Notes under the pieces: generated by a model
The model's database searches: none
What the model was told of the DNA's origin: nothing
What the model saw: only the letters and a program-made list of their open reading frames with translations
IMG/VR virus record: IMGVR_UViG_3300021185_002756
Span: 34,238 to 98,237 of that record
Strand: one strand, 5' to 3'
DNA: 64,000 bases
DNA from: a virus
Made by a program: the position numbers and the translations under genes
Shown here: one piece after another, positions 52,967-63,299 of the stretch
Layout: every line of letters starts with the position of its first letter
Position numbering within the stretch: the stretch's first letter is position 1

Positions 52967-54087
52967 AGACTAAATCCTGCAAAGCTGTTTTTATCTACGT
53001 CTTGTTTTGTTCCGCCGTTTACATAACTGGTTATTTCAGTTTCTTGTGGAGCAACTTGTACATCGCCACCTGCAATCCACTTTTGTGTCCAAGGTAATGG
53101 ATTACTTGCACCTTTGTAACTGCTCGGGACACCAACTGCCGTCATACGTTTGTTTGCAATCCACTGTACATATTCTTTGAGCAACTGTGCATTAAGTCCA
53201 ATCATTGATCCGTCTTTGAACAAGTAATCCGCCCATGCACATTCTTGTTCTACTGCATCTTCAAACATCTTAATTACAAGTGGTTCACACTCTGCTTTAA
53301 TTTTTACAAAGTCTGGATCATCTTGCGGAAGTATCTTCATTAGTTGTTGTGTACTTGCTAGGTGTACATTCTCATCACGTGCAATAAACTTGATAATTTT
53401 AGCATTACCTTCCATCTTCTTAAGTTCAGCAAATGCCCAACTACACGCAAAGGATACATAAAAACGTACACCTTCTAAGATGTTTACACTTGCCAAACAA
53501 ATCCACAGTTTCTTTTTAAGTTCGTATAGATCAATTTTAACTTTCTTACCGTTTACTGTGTGTGTACCTTCACCTAGTAGGTTGTAGTAACTGCAAGTTT
53601 CTACTAAATCATCATAGTATGCAGTGATGTCTTCCCCACAGTCAATGATCTCCTGTATGTCCATCATCTCATCAAACACCTTGCTTGGGTTTGCATACAC
53701 ATTACGGATGATGTGTGTGTAACTTTTTGAATGTATTGTTTCACTAAACGTCCAAGTGATAATCCAGTTTTCCAACTCAGGCAGACTTACAATAGGACCA
53801 AATGCTTCAATTGGTGCTCTACCTTGCACACTATCCAATAAGATTTGTCTTTTTAAATTGCTAGTAAAGATATGTTTTTCGTTCGTAGTAAGTTCTTTGA
53901 AGTCTTTTGCATCACGTAGTACATCTACTTCTTCTGGTCGCCAAAAGAATCCCAACTGTTTGTCAGTAAGTTTATCAAACTGTCGATACTTTAGTGTGTC
54001 ATAACGTTGTATACCAACTCCGCCCGCTGGATCTAAAAATGCAAGACTGGTCGTATGGTCTCTATTGGCTGTATTCAATACACTCAT
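52963..54087 (-). CDS. nrdB: Ribonucleotide reductase class Ia beta subunit
   Basis: FFWRPEEV, LLDSVQGR, ETIHSKSYTHI, LEGVRFYVSF, RDENVH, VAPQETEI; start MSVLN. Confidence 0.98.
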   Translation of the reverse strand: MSVLNTANRDHTTSLAFLDPAGGVGIQRYDTLKYRQFDKLTDKQLGFFWRPEEVDVLRDAKDFKELTTNEKHIFTSNLKRQILLDSVQGRAPIEAFGPIVSLPELENWIITWTFSETIHSKSYTHIIRNVYANPSKVFDEMMDIQEIIDCGEDITAYYDDLVETCSYYNLLGEGTHTVNGKKVKIDLYELKKKLWICLASVNILEGVRFYVSFACSWAFAELKKMEGNAKIIKFIARDENVHLASTQQLMKILPQDDPDFVKIKAECEPLVIKMFEDAVEQECAWADYLFKDGSMIGLNAQLLKEYVQWIANKRMTAVGVPSSYKGASNPLPWTQKWIAGGDVQVAPQETEITSYVNGGTKQDVDKNSFAGFSL

Positions 54088-54095
54088 TGTGTTTC

Positions 54096-56402
54096 CTATA
54101 TTGTGCAACTATCGCAGGCTTCTTCATACATCGGCTCTTCGATAGTAATTTCTTTTTGTTGTGTTTCGTTCATTTTGTCTATGTCAATTTCTCCAGCACC
54201 ATCAAATGTGTTGAAGTAATACAACTGCTTGTGTCCATATTTATAACATAGTAGCAGATGTTGTAGCATTACACTCATTGGTATCTTTTCATCTTCATAG
54301 TGTACGGGGTTGTAAGACGTGTTTACACTTATACCTTGATCAATATATTTTTGCATAACTGCCATTATCTTTATGTAACCCTCTGGAGACTTTTGATCCC
54401 ATAGTAGTTCGTATTTGTTTTTGTAACGTGCGAATCCTGGCACAACCTGTTTAAGTACACCATCTTTGCTTTGCTTGATACTTACAAATGCCCTCGGTGG
54501 CTCAATACCGTTTGTACTGTTGCTTATCTGTGCTGATGTTTCTGCAGGCATAAGAGCCATCAGTGTTGAGTTACGTATGCCAGTTTCTCTAAGTTGTGTT
54601 CTCAACCCTGTCCAGTCAACTGCATCTATATGTACTACTAATTCGTCAACATCCTTTTTATATGTGTCAACAGGTAATATTCCATCAGAATACTTTGTTT
54701 CATTATTCATCGGACATGCACCAAACTCTTCTGCAAGATCTGCACTTGCTTTTATCAAGTAGTAACTCCAATGTTGTGCCCAAGTATCCACTAGTTTGAG
54801 TGCATCTGGATCTGAATAACTGGTGTCGTTCTTTGCTAAAAAGTATGCAAGATTAATAATACCAACACCCAATGGGCGTCTACCTTCTGTTGCCATTTGT
54901 GCGGCAATAATAGGATAGTTTTGATAACTTAACAGTGCATCAAGTCCACGCACTGCTAGTGTACAGGCTTTTTCCATGTCTTCAGGATTTGTAAAACTAC
55001 CCCAATTGATGGCACTCAATGTACACAATGCTATTTCACCTGTAACATCATTTATATCATCTAGAGGCTTGGTTGGCAAGTCTATTTCACAACACAAGTT
55101 ACTTTGTTTGATTGGTGCAACATCAGTTTTGAAACTGCTATGTTCATTTGCATGATCCACATTTTGCAAGTATATTCTTCCTGTGTCTTTACGTTCTTGC
55201 ATAAACGCACTAAAAAGTTCCGTGGCACTTATCTTCTTCTTACGTATACTTGTTTTACGTTCTGCAGCTTCGTATAGTTCACGGAACTTATCTTGGTCAG
55301 CAAAGAATGCGTCGTATAATCCTGGAACATCATTTGGAGAGAACAGTGTAATATCTCCACCACTCATCAAACGTTCGTACATTAGTTTGTTAAACTGTAC
55401 ACCATAGTCCATGTGTCTAACTCTGTTGTCTTCTGTGCCTTTGTTATTCTTTAACACTAACAAGTCTTCAACTTCTAGATGCCACAGTGGATAATAAAGT
55501 GTTGCCGCTCCGTTACGCACTCCACCTTGCGAACAACTACGTGTGGCCGCTTGGAACATTTTATAAAATGGCACAACGCCTGTGTGATAAGCATCACCAT
55601 TTCTAATAGGTGATCCTAATGCTCTAATACGTCCACCGTTGATACCAATGCCTGCTTTTTGTGAAACGTATTTTACAATTGAACTTGCAGTTGCATTTAT
55701 ACTATCCAAACTATCATCGGTTTCAATTAGTACACAACTTGAAAACTGTCTTTGTGGTGTACGAACACCTGCCATTACTGGAGTGGGTAAACTGATTTGG
55801 TGTGTTGAAATAGCATCATAGTAATCTTTTACATAACGCAGTCTGTTTTTGCGATCATAGTCTTGAAACAGTGTGGCGGCTATAAGCATGTATGCCATCT
55901 GCGGAGTTTCATAAAGTGTTTTTGTTACTCTGTTTTGCACAAGATACTTGCCACGAAACTGTTCCATGGCCGCATATGTCAGTTGTTCATCACGTTCATG
56001 TTTTACCCAACTGTTGATGGTATCCCATTCTTCTTCAGTGTATTCGCTTAACAGTTCTGCATCATAGAAACCCTTTTCAACATTGTGTTTTACAAGTTTG
56101 TAAATATGCCACGGCGTTGCACCACCATAAACCATTTTGTTAATATGATATACAATAAGTCTACCAGCAACTGTTTGATAGTTTGGTGTTTCTTCAGATA
56201 TTAAATCAGCGGCACTTTTTATAAGTGTTTCTTGTATGTCTGTACTTGAGATGCCATCATAAAACTGTACGTTACTGCTTATTTCAACTTGGCTTGCACT
56301 TACTCCTGTTATATTCTCTGTTGCCCACCAAACTACTTTGTGTAATTTTTCAATGTCTAATGCTTCTTTACTTCCGTCTCTTTTGGTAACTTGAATTGTC
56401 AT
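54096..56402 (-). CDS. nrdA: Ribonucleotide reductase class Ia alpha subunit
   Basis: ATP-cone VTKRDG, QFSSCVLI, CSQGGVR, SNLCCEI, LYY, C-terminal CDSC. Confidence 0.98.
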   Translation of the reverse strand: MTIQVTKRDGSKEALDIEKLHKVVWWATENITGVSASQVEISSNVQFYDGISSTDIQETLIKSAADLISEETPNYQTVAGRLIVYHINKMVYGGATPWHIYKLVKHNVEKGFYDAELLSEYTEEEWDTINSWVKHERDEQLTYAAMEQFRGKYLVQNRVTKTLYETPQMAYMLIAATLFQDYDRKNRLRYVKDYYDAISTHQISLPTPVMAGVRTPQRQFSSCVLIETDDSLDSINATASSIVKYVSQKAGIGINGGRIRALGSPIRNGDAYHTGVVPFYKMFQAATRSCSQGGVRNGAATLYYPLWHLEVEDLLVLKNNKGTEDNRVRHMDYGVQFNKLMYERLMSGGDITLFSPNDVPGLYDAFFADQDKFRELYEAAERKTSIRKKKISATELFSAFMQERKDTGRIYLQNVDHANEHSSFKTDVAPIKQSNLCCEIDLPTKPLDDINDVTGEIALCTLSAINWGSFTNPEDMEKACTLAVRGLDALLSYQNYPIIAAQMATEGRRPLGVGIINLAYFLAKNDTSYSDPDALKLVDTWAQHWSYYLIKASADLAEEFGACPMNNETKYSDGILPVDTYKKDVDELVVHIDAVDWTGLRTQLRETGIRNSTLMALMPAETSAQISNSTNGIEPPRAFVSIKQSKDGVLKQVVPGFARYKNKYELLWDQKSPEGYIKIMAVMQKYIDQGISVNTSYNPVHYEDEKIPMSVMLQHLLLCYKYGHKQLYYFNTFDGAGEIDIDKMNETQQKEITIEEPMYEEACDSCTI

Positions 56403-56642
56403 TTATGGGGCCTTTCTATCAATCTTGTGTGCAAACATAGCAGAGTCTATGTTTCTGGTTAATTTTTTGGAATTCTTTAAGTGTCCTATTTACTGTGTTA
56501 TCCACCATCCAATTAAGTGTGTATAATCCATTGTTCACTTGGACTATATAGTAATTCTGATATACGATTAGTATAGCATATTCATAAGAATTTTGCAAGA
56601 CCATAATAGGTCTTTTTGGCTATAAAATCGTGTATATTTTAG

Positions 56643-58238
56643 TTATACAGAAAGATGTTCTATTGAATATTTAAAGGTTGCTGCTATGGTGCTTGTGTAT
56701 TGGATGCTAATTGTTGATCCGCTTTGCACTGCACTTAGAACAAAACTGTTTGGATTGTCTTCTGAAAAGTCATCTACATATGCTAGTGTACCAGCACTAT
56801 CATCTGTATCTTGTCCTACAACTCTTAACTCGCCAAAACGTATGACGTTAGTTGTTGGTTCTTTGTATTGATATATCACATTGAAAGCAGTTGCATTAAG
56901 AGTATTTACTGTAAAAATTGTTGTTGCACTTCCTTGTACTGATAGTGCAGAATTTACACCTGCTAGTCTGTGATATGTTCCAATTTCAATTTCATCGCCG
57001 TTTGTTAATGCGTAACAGGCTTTGTCATTATTTTTTACACGAGGTTGAGATCTGTCGTCAGCATCTGAGCGTTCAAACATATCACCAACAGATACATTGT
57101 TATCACCGTTGAATTCAATTACAGCGGCTGCTTGGTTGCCTGCTCCTAAGTAATCGTTTGCAACGTCTAAAAATATATTGTAAGCACTAATATTAAGAGA
57201 AACTGCACCAATGCTTATGCCTTGTTTGCCAATTTTATCAAATAAGTTTTGTACAATTCTTACACCTTCAGGTCCGCCATTGTCTGGTGTGCCTGTGCCT
57301 AGCATTACGCCTTGATATAGGTTTGTAAACTGTGAATTTTGTACAGTTACACCTTGTATGTTTTCGTCAGTAATAAGTCCATACGTTAAAAAACTAAACT
57401 TACAGTTGTTAAATTCTATTTGTTTACAAGTATCTGATGCAGTACTATCAAAACGCACTCCAGCAATATCAGCACTTGCATTTGCTGGATTAGTAGTAAG
57501 GTTGCCTTTGAAGTTACAGTTGTTAACACTTACACCATCTGCTCTGTCAACAAGCATCATGTCAACACCTGCTTCTAAACTTGTAAAACTAAGCCCTGAC
57601 AATACGATATCCTGCGGTGCTATTGCACTATTAGTTCCTATATTAGTTGAAGTTTGTTGCAAACTATCAGCAGTTTGGATGACATACGCCCCAAATGAAC
57701 TATCACTTCCAACATCCATTTCTAGTATTGCACTATCTGGGCCATCACCATATAACTTTGCAAACGGAGGAACCTTAATTGAATTTGTAATCCTATATGT
57801 ACCAGCAGGAAAATACAAACTACGTCTAATTGTTGTATTTGTTTGTCTGCAAAAAAGCTGGAACAATGCTCTGTTAATAGCATCAGTGTCGTCTGTTACT
57901 CCGTCCCCTGTTGCACCAAAATCTAATACACTTGCAAAGTTATCTAATTTTGCTTGTATGGTCTGTGTAACAGGATCTCCTGATGTTGGTCCTGTCTGCA
58001 CTGTGTAACCTGCATGGTCGCCTTTGTAAGTATAACTTGTTGCTAAATTTAATATATCACTATACTGAGTAAGTATCTCTGTGTTACCAATAGCTGGTGC
58101 ACCGTCTGCTATTGTGCCGTTACCTATGTATAATTTACGTTGGTCCAGGACCCAACCAAACTCAGCACCTGCGAGCTGAGGTAAATTTTCACTCAAACCT
58201 TTACGGTTTGTAATCCGTGATACTTGTACTATTGCCAT
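56643..58238 (-). CDS. Tail spike/fibre-like virion protein with pectate-lyase-like beta-helix
   Basis: N-terminal RKG...L..AEFGW..D..KLYIGNG (Mtd-N-like); SVLDFGATGDGVTDDTDAINRA, LYFPAGTY; late box 58264. Confidence 0.8.
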   Translation of the reverse strand: MAIVQVSRITNRKGLSENLPQLAGAEFGWVLDQRKLYIGNGTIADGAPAIGNTEILTQYSDILNLATSYTYKGDHAGYTVQTGPTSGDPVTQTIQAKLDNFASVLDFGATGDGVTDDTDAINRALFQLFCRQTNTTIRRSLYFPAGTYRITNSIKVPPFAKLYGDGPDSAILEMDVGSDSSFGAYVIQTADSLQQTSTNIGTNSAIAPQDIVLSGLSFTSLEAGVDMMLVDRADGVSVNNCNFKGNLTTNPANASADIAGVRFDSTASDTCKQIEFNNCKFSFLTYGLITDENIQGVTVQNSQFTNLYQGVMLGTGTPDNGGPEGVRIVQNLFDKIGKQGISIGAVSLNISAYNIFLDVANDYLGAGNQAAAVIEFNGDNNVSVGDMFERSDADDRSQPRVKNNDKACYALTNGDEIEIGTYHRLAGVNSALSVQGSATTIFTVNTLNATAFNVIYQYKEPTTNVIRFGELRVVGQDTDDSAGTLAYVDDFSEDNPNSFVLSAVQSGSTISIQYTSTIAATFKYSIEHLSV

Positions 58239-58266
58239 CTATTGAAACTCCGTAATCTAGCTGTAT

Positions 58267-58980
58267 TTAGCCTGAAATATAGTATTGCTCAACTCTCTTC
58301 CACCATTGCTGGCGCCAGTGTTCAAAGTCGTCACCTTCGACAACAAACTCTTGATATAAAGGATCTTCTTTTAAATGTCCCATGTCATCAACTGCTGGCT
58401 TTACTGCCATGAGCACTACACCTTTACGTATTTTTGTTCCGTACACTTCGTTGTGTGCTTCTGCATATGCACAAAGTTGTAGTTTATAATCTTCAATCCA
58501 CTCAACTTTTTTTGGTTTGTTTGATTGTTTAAAGTCCATGATTGCATCATCACCGTTGTGTACACCCACGCAGTCTGTTGTGCCTGCATATATTCCTGGA
58601 AAGTACATGGGCACTTCAACACCCCATACTTCGTCAACATTACACATGCCCTGTTCTATTACTGCTTGTGCCATAGCATGTGATTGCCAACTGAACGGAT
58701 TGTTACCACGCTCTTTGATAGTGCCATCAATGCAATAGTTTTCTAAGTAGGTATGCATACGTGTACCTCTGTTGGCAGCTTCAGTCACTATCTTTTGTGC
58801 TTGGTCAGTGCCTACACGTTTACGCCATCGTGCAAGACCTTCTTGCTTTTCTTTTGATTGCGTAGCACCAAGTATGGTAGTTACACTGGGCACAGCATTG
58901 CCATCGGGAGTAGAATACAGTCGCTTGCCGTCGACCTGTTTCCGTGAGAGATTCTTGTATTGAAATTTTTCTATAAGCAT
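58267..58980 (-). CDS. PD-(D/E)xK exonuclease (Cas4/MGME1-like phage exonuclease)
   Basis: PSVTTIL, RGTRMH, E....YAGTTD...IMDFKQS, QLCAYA. Confidence 0.9.
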   Translation of the reverse strand: MLIEKFQYKNLSRKQVDGKRLYSTPDGNAVPSVTTILGATQSKEKQEGLARWRKRVGTDQAQKIVTEAANRGTRMHTYLENYCIDGTIKERGNNPFSWQSHAMAQAVIEQGMCNVDEVWGVEVPMYFPGIYAGTTDCVGVHNGDDAIMDFKQSNKPKKVEWIEDYKLQLCAYAEAHNEVYGTKIRKGVVLMAVKPAVDDMGHLKEDPLYQEFVVEGDDFEHWRQQWWKRVEQYYISG

Positions 58981-58992
58981 AATATTATTATA

Positions 58993-59673
58993 CTACAGTT
59001 TCATCCATTCTGCAAGTTTTTTTGCAATTAAAGCATGTCCATTATGATTAGGATGGGCAAAGTTTGGACGTATGTATTCATTATCTTGTACACCAAGTAG
59101 GTGCTCGCCATTGTGATCAGTTGCTCCTAACCAATCAGCCGCAGTTTCGTTACCGCCTTTGTAAATTTTATCAGTGTCTACACCAGGTAGCCAATCTGTT
59201 TGTCTTATCCATCCTGCAAAGTAATAGTCGTTGATGTTAAGTGTTTTACACATTTGTTGTAGTGTTATTACAGCCATACTTGCTCGAATATTATCTTTGT
59301 TATTATCATGAAAATGTAACTTTAGTGCTTTTACAAAGTCTGCTCCATTTCCTGCAAGTCGTTGTAATTCTTCATCTGAATCCTGTATCCAGCTCATACC
59401 TGATGGCCAATGCATACTTCTGGCTGGATTAGTCAAAAAGAAAATAGCCAATGTATCTTCAGGTGGTGATGTAAGTAGCCTTAATTTATCTTGATTGCAA
59501 AAGTCGTCAAGTTGCAGTACCATATCTTCAATACTTACACCTGCTGACCCATAGTTTACAAAATCATATTGATACTGATCTGCAAGTTGTCTTCCGTATG
59601 GATATTGTCCAAGATCTTCTTTAAGTTCTCCGCCTTGTGGCCAACTATCGCCAAAAGTAACTAATGTTTTCAT
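58993..59673 (-). CDS. SGNH-hydrolase-like hypothetical protein
   Basis: TFGDSW..G, NYGSAG.S, HPNHNGH. Confidence 0.65.
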   Translation of the reverse strand: MKTLVTFGDSWPQGGELKEDLGQYPYGRQLADQYQYDFVNYGSAGVSIEDMVLQLDDFCNQDKLRLLTSPPEDTLAIFFLTNPARSMHWPSGMSWIQDSDEELQRLAGNGADFVKALKLHFHDNNKDNIRASMAVITLQQMCKTLNINDYYFAGWIRQTDWLPGVDTDKIYKGGNETAADWLGATDHNGEHLLGVQDNEYIRPNFAHPNHNGHALIAKKLAEWMKL

Positions 59674-60024
59674 TTAAATGAGGTCGTTCGCAGAATCTGC
59701 CATTCCAGCAACTGTATCTTGTGCTTGATCCACAGTCATGGTGTCAGCACCTTCTTCACCTGTAACTCCTGCACCGACAAGTACAATGTTGTCTGCATCT
59801 ACATTTTGAATAATGTTCTTAAGAGGATCTTGTGTTGCTAGAGTACGTAGTTGTTGATCAGTAATATTCACACCCATGTTGTGTGCCATGCTTAGAAACA
59901 CACCAATTGGTACAGTGTGTTCTGTATCTTCATCGTCTGCACGACCAAGTAGATATTCTGCTAGTGCAGTGAGTTGTTGTGCAGATGGCTTATCTGATCT
60001 ACTTGTGAACTCAAGAATACGCAT
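59674..60024 (-). CDS. Hypothetical late protein
   Basis: 116 aa; MRILEF N-terminus. Confidence 0.75.
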   Translation of the reverse strand: MRILEFTSRSDKPSAQQLTALAEYLLGRADDEDTEHTVPIGVFLSMAHNMGVNITDQQLRTLATQDPLKNIIQNVDADNIVLVGAGVTGEEGADTMTVDQAQDTVAGMADSANDLI

Positions 60025-61365
60025 TTATCTTCTTGCTCTACCAAGAGCTCCATCTTGTACATCAACATTTACATCAACTGCTTCACCGCCTGCTTCTGCA
60101 TCAACGTTTACGTCTGCAGTTGCATCAATTGGATCTGCGGCTAGTGGATCGGCTACTGGTTCTGCTACTGCTGGTGTACCAGCAACTTCTTCTTGTCCAG
60201 GTACCACAGGAGCAACACCTGTTAGTGTTCCTTGTGCAGTTTCCATTTCAACTTTTGCTGCCTGTATTGAATCAACTAGTACTGCTAAACTTTGTCCGGC
60301 GGCGTCATTGAATGCTTGTGCTTCGTTAGTTCCTATTGTAGTTTGTATGCTACTGCTCAACGCCGGTAAATCTTTAAACTGCATTGATGTGACGTCTTCT
60401 AACATCTTCTGCATTCTGTCTACCATGTCCTGTGCGGCTAAAACAACTTGTGCTTGTTGTACTTCGCTTTCACTTAGTACACGACCTGACATTTTAAGTG
60501 TAGCACCTTCAGCAATCTGGTTAAGCACTTTACCTGCTTTGCCTTCAAACTTGCTTAGTGTTTTTGCAAGGTTTGCACGTTTTTCTGTTTTAGCATTATA
60601 GTCATCTTTGTTTGCTAATACTTTGTTAGCAAATGCACTTGTACTCATGCCAGCAGCCTTTGCTTGTCTTGTAAATGCACCAGGATTTTTACTTGTTGCT
60701 TTCTTGATCCAATTTTCTGCTTCAGTTATGGATTGCATTCTAAAATCATCTGGATAAAGTACTGTAATATAACTTCCATCTTTTGCTTTTTTTACTCTCA
60801 CATCATCTGATAAGCCAGCGGCCTTTAACTGTTTTTGAAATTCATTAGTATCAGGCATATTACCCCCAGTACCAATTTTTAGCCTACGCATACCTGAACG
60901 GCCACCAGTTAGCTCATTCCATTGAGGCTGTCCAAAATATGATTTAAATAATGCACGGATAAATTCGTGTTTGGATTGTCCTTGTTCACCAAGTGTAATT
61001 TTACCATCTTCAACATCTTTCTTGAACTGCATAGCAGTTGCTTGATCGTCTGTTGATCCAATTACGTCACCGTCGTTTTTGATTTGTGTCGCACCTGTCT
61101 GTGGTTCAAGTGTAATATTTGCTTCACGCAATCTTGCGTGTAGTCCTCTTTCCATTACAATTAACTTCATATAACTTGAGCTATTTTCGCTTTGCACTAC
61201 TGGTCTAGTTGTACGGTGTTCATATATCAAACCACGAACTTTTGTTAGCATGTCGCTTGCGTCCTTAGGGTTAAGTGCCGCAAAGTCAATGTTATTGCCA
61301 AAATAGCTCTCTAGAACCTTTTTGGACTGCTTAGTCTGTGGTGAATCTAAGTCAAATAGTTTCAT
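60025..61365 (-). CDS. Putative head/internal (scaffold-like) protein
   Basis: Start MKLFDL with AAAGGA RBS and CTAAATA late box; multiple (L/I)xE sites; acidic Pro/Ala tail ending GRARR. Confidence 0.6.
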   Translation of the reverse strand: MKLFDLDSPQTKQSKKVLESYFGNNIDFAALNPKDASDMLTKVRGLIYEHRTTRPVVQSENSSSYMKLIVMERGLHARLREANITLEPQTGATQIKNDGDVIGSTDDQATAMQFKKDVEDGKITLGEQGQSKHEFIRALFKSYFGQPQWNELTGGRSGMRRLKIGTGGNMPDTNEFQKQLKAAGLSDDVRVKKAKDGSYITVLYPDDFRMQSITEAENWIKKATSKNPGAFTRQAKAAGMSTSAFANKVLANKDDYNAKTEKRANLAKTLSKFEGKAGKVLNQIAEGATLKMSGRVLSESEVQQAQVVLAAQDMVDRMQKMLEDVTSMQFKDLPALSSSIQTTIGTNEAQAFNDAAGQSLAVLVDSIQAAKVEMETAQGTLTGVAPVVPGQEEVAGTPAVAEPVADPLAADPIDATADVNVDAEAGGEAVDVNVDVQDGALGRARR

Positions 61366-61845
61366 TTTCAAATCCTTTTTGTTGCCAGTATTTAGCAACA
61401 TTTATACTTTTAGTCAATTGTTTTTGTATGATATGGTACTCGTGTTTTGCACTGTCAAGTCTGTGTAGCACAACTTCTCGTCTAAAATCATCTACTTTTG
61501 CACTAGAAGCAACATGTCTATAGTGCATCATTTCATTCTGTCTACCAAGAAGTTTTTCTTCTAGTGCTACTATATGTTTTGCATCCATTTGCATTTTGTT
61601 TTTATCAAGTATGCAATAGGTTAATGCAATCCTACAACTGCTACAAGTTTCAACTAGCAGAGCGTCTCTGTAAATACTATATTCATTTTGAGATTCTTTT
61701 ACTATTTCATAGTCTGCAAACGCAAAGATGCTATCACCATTGATAAAAATGGCATTAGGGTTTGTGTTCAGAAGTTCATCTGCAATTTTGTTTAATAATC
61801 GGGAGGCTTTTTCTGTTACCCGACTACGTAAGTTATCACTAGCCA
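61352..61845 (-). CDS. Hypothetical protein
   Basis: Likely start MASDN (approximate); overlaps neighbours. Confidence 0.65.
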
Positions 61846-62079
61846 TCCAACTGTTCCTACAAGAGCTGCAATTATACCTGTTCCCCAACCTATCAGCTGG
61901 TCAGTCCTACGTTGAGCCATTTTCTCAACCATACCATGAACTTCATTAATCATCATTTCCAAGCGATCTACTTTTTTATCTAAGCCTTCTATATTTGAGG
62001 CCATAGATTTATATCGCTCTGCACATAAATCAACATGTGCTTCTAAACTCTTTTTTTCGATTGGTGCTGTGTCTACCAT
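61816..62079 (-). CDS. Coiled-coil protein with C-terminal TM helix
   Basis: LEAHVDLCAERY, heptads, TM. Confidence 0.75.
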   Translation of the reverse strand: MVDTAPIEKKSLEAHVDLCAERYKSMASNIEGLDKKVDRLEMMINEVHGMVEKMAQRRTDQLIGWGTGIIAALVGTVGWLVITYVVG

Positions 62080-62110
62080 CGTAGTCTCTCTTAATCATTG
62101 TTAAGTATAT

Positions 62111-62542
62111 TTATTTTGTTGCGTCTTTTATTATCTCAAAAAATATATTTGGCTTTTCGCCACTAGCAACCAGATACGGTACCAAAAACCCTTCTTTGTG
62201 TGAGTCAGATAAACCAACAATCATCGGAACACCAAATACTGACTCTTTTAGCAAGCCAGTTTCGTCATGTTCAGTTGCAAATGCACCGTTGTGAGAAATA
62301 CTAAAAGTAAAAGTCCAATGTTTCATGCCATTTTCATCTTTAATATACACTGGAACTGATATGTTATCTGGAGTAGCTCTTAGACTTACGCATTGTAATA
62401 TTGTTTCAAAATTTCGTTGTTGATTACGACTATAATCCCATTCTTCGGCAGTAGTAAAAGTGTTACTATTTTTTATTTTACGATAACTTGTGGTGTTAGT
62501 TTGTGTACAATCAAAATATGTAGTGACTCTAATTTGCTCCAT
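62111..62542 (-). CDS. Hypothetical protein
   Basis: GGAG RBS before MEQIRV; FDCT.T...RNQQRNFET..Q..SLR. Confidence 0.7.
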   Translation of the reverse strand: MEQIRVTTYFDCTQTNTTSYRKIKNSNTFTTAEEWDYSRNQQRNFETILQCVSLRATPDNISVPVYIKDENGMKHWTFTFSISHNGAFATEHDETGLLKESVFGVPMIVGLSDSHKEGFLVPYLVASGEKPNIFFEIIKDATK

Positions 62543-62753
62543 TTCGTAAACTCCAATACACTTGTAGTTTATCAAGCATCTCTTTAAGTGCAGGGTCGTT
62601 GGCACTTTCTGCTACGATTTCAGTAAAATTTTTAGAGATTGAATGTGCGTGAGGTTTTTTGATCACAAGTTCACGTTCTCTACTATTGGCACGGCGTCTG
62701 TATACTGTGTTTCCTTTATCAGGACTTTCATATATCCATTCGGTTTTCTGCAT
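62529..62753 (-). CDS. Hypothetical protein
   Basis: WIYESPDKG.TVYRR; start MQKTE. Confidence 0.7.
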   Translation of the reverse strand: MQKTEWIYESPDKGNTVYRRRANSRERELVIKKPHAHSISKNFTEIVAESANDPALKEMLDKLQVYWSLRNGAN

Positions 62754-62769
62754 GCGAATATTTAGCCAC

Positions 62770-62802
62770 AAAAAAACCCTAGTTAATAAAAACTAGGGTT
62801 TA
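62770..62802 (-). terminator. Intrinsic terminator
   Basis: AAACCCTAGTT/AACTAGGGTTT stem plus T-run. Confidence 0.85.
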
Positions 62803-62826
62803 GTATTTGGTTATAGCAAATTAAAA

Positions 62827-63246
62827 TTATGCTAATTTGAAACCTGAATCAGTAACGTCTGAACCTGAACAGTCAATGCTTCCTGAACCAGCAGCTGTTA
62901 GTGTTCTGATTGATGTTTGCAATGATGATGCAGTGTATGCACCTGTTGGGTATGTTGCAACTGAAATTTGACCTGCGTTTGCATCTTCAACTTGGTATAT
63001 GTAAACACCAGCAATTTGTTGAATGTTTTGTAAAATTGCTTCTACTGCTAAACCTGTTCCAACTTGTGCTTGTAAGTCTTGGTTTGCGTTTGAACCGTTT
63101 TGTACAATAACTTTGAAAAAGTCTAGTTTTGGTCCAGTTACGTTAACTGGTGCTGATGCAGCTAATGCACCGGATAAACTTCCGTTGCCTGTATCAATAT
63201 GGAATACCTGTTGTGCATTACCATGGGTTCTTGTAAATTCTGCCAT
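62827..63246 (-). CDS. Putative abundant virion structural protein
   Basis: Own late box, leader hairpin, AGGAG RBS and terminator; Ala/Gly/Ser/Thr-rich. Confidence 0.65.
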   Translation of the reverse strand: MAEFTRTHGNAQQVFHIDTGNGSLSGALAASAPVNVTGPKLDFFKVIVQNGSNANQDLQAQVGTGLAVEAILQNIQQIAGVYIYQVEDANAGQISVATYPTGAYTASSLQTSIRTLTAAGSGSIDCSGSDVTDSGFKLA

Positions 63247-63299
63247 TTTAATCTCCTATATCTAATGGTGGAATCCGATTGTTCGGTTCCTACTTTTAT

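Noticed and set aside
52963-56402. Introns or inteins in nrdA/nrdB
   Set aside because: Both ORFs are uninterrupted and of ordinary length
56543-56552. NrdR box upstream of nrdA (ACTATATAGT)
   Set aside because: Palindrome is two bases shorter than the NrdR consensus and is single
58267-58980. Cas4-like gene as evidence of CRISPR-Cas
   Set aside because: No Fe-S Cys cluster pattern, array or other cas genes; fits a stand-alone phage exonuclease
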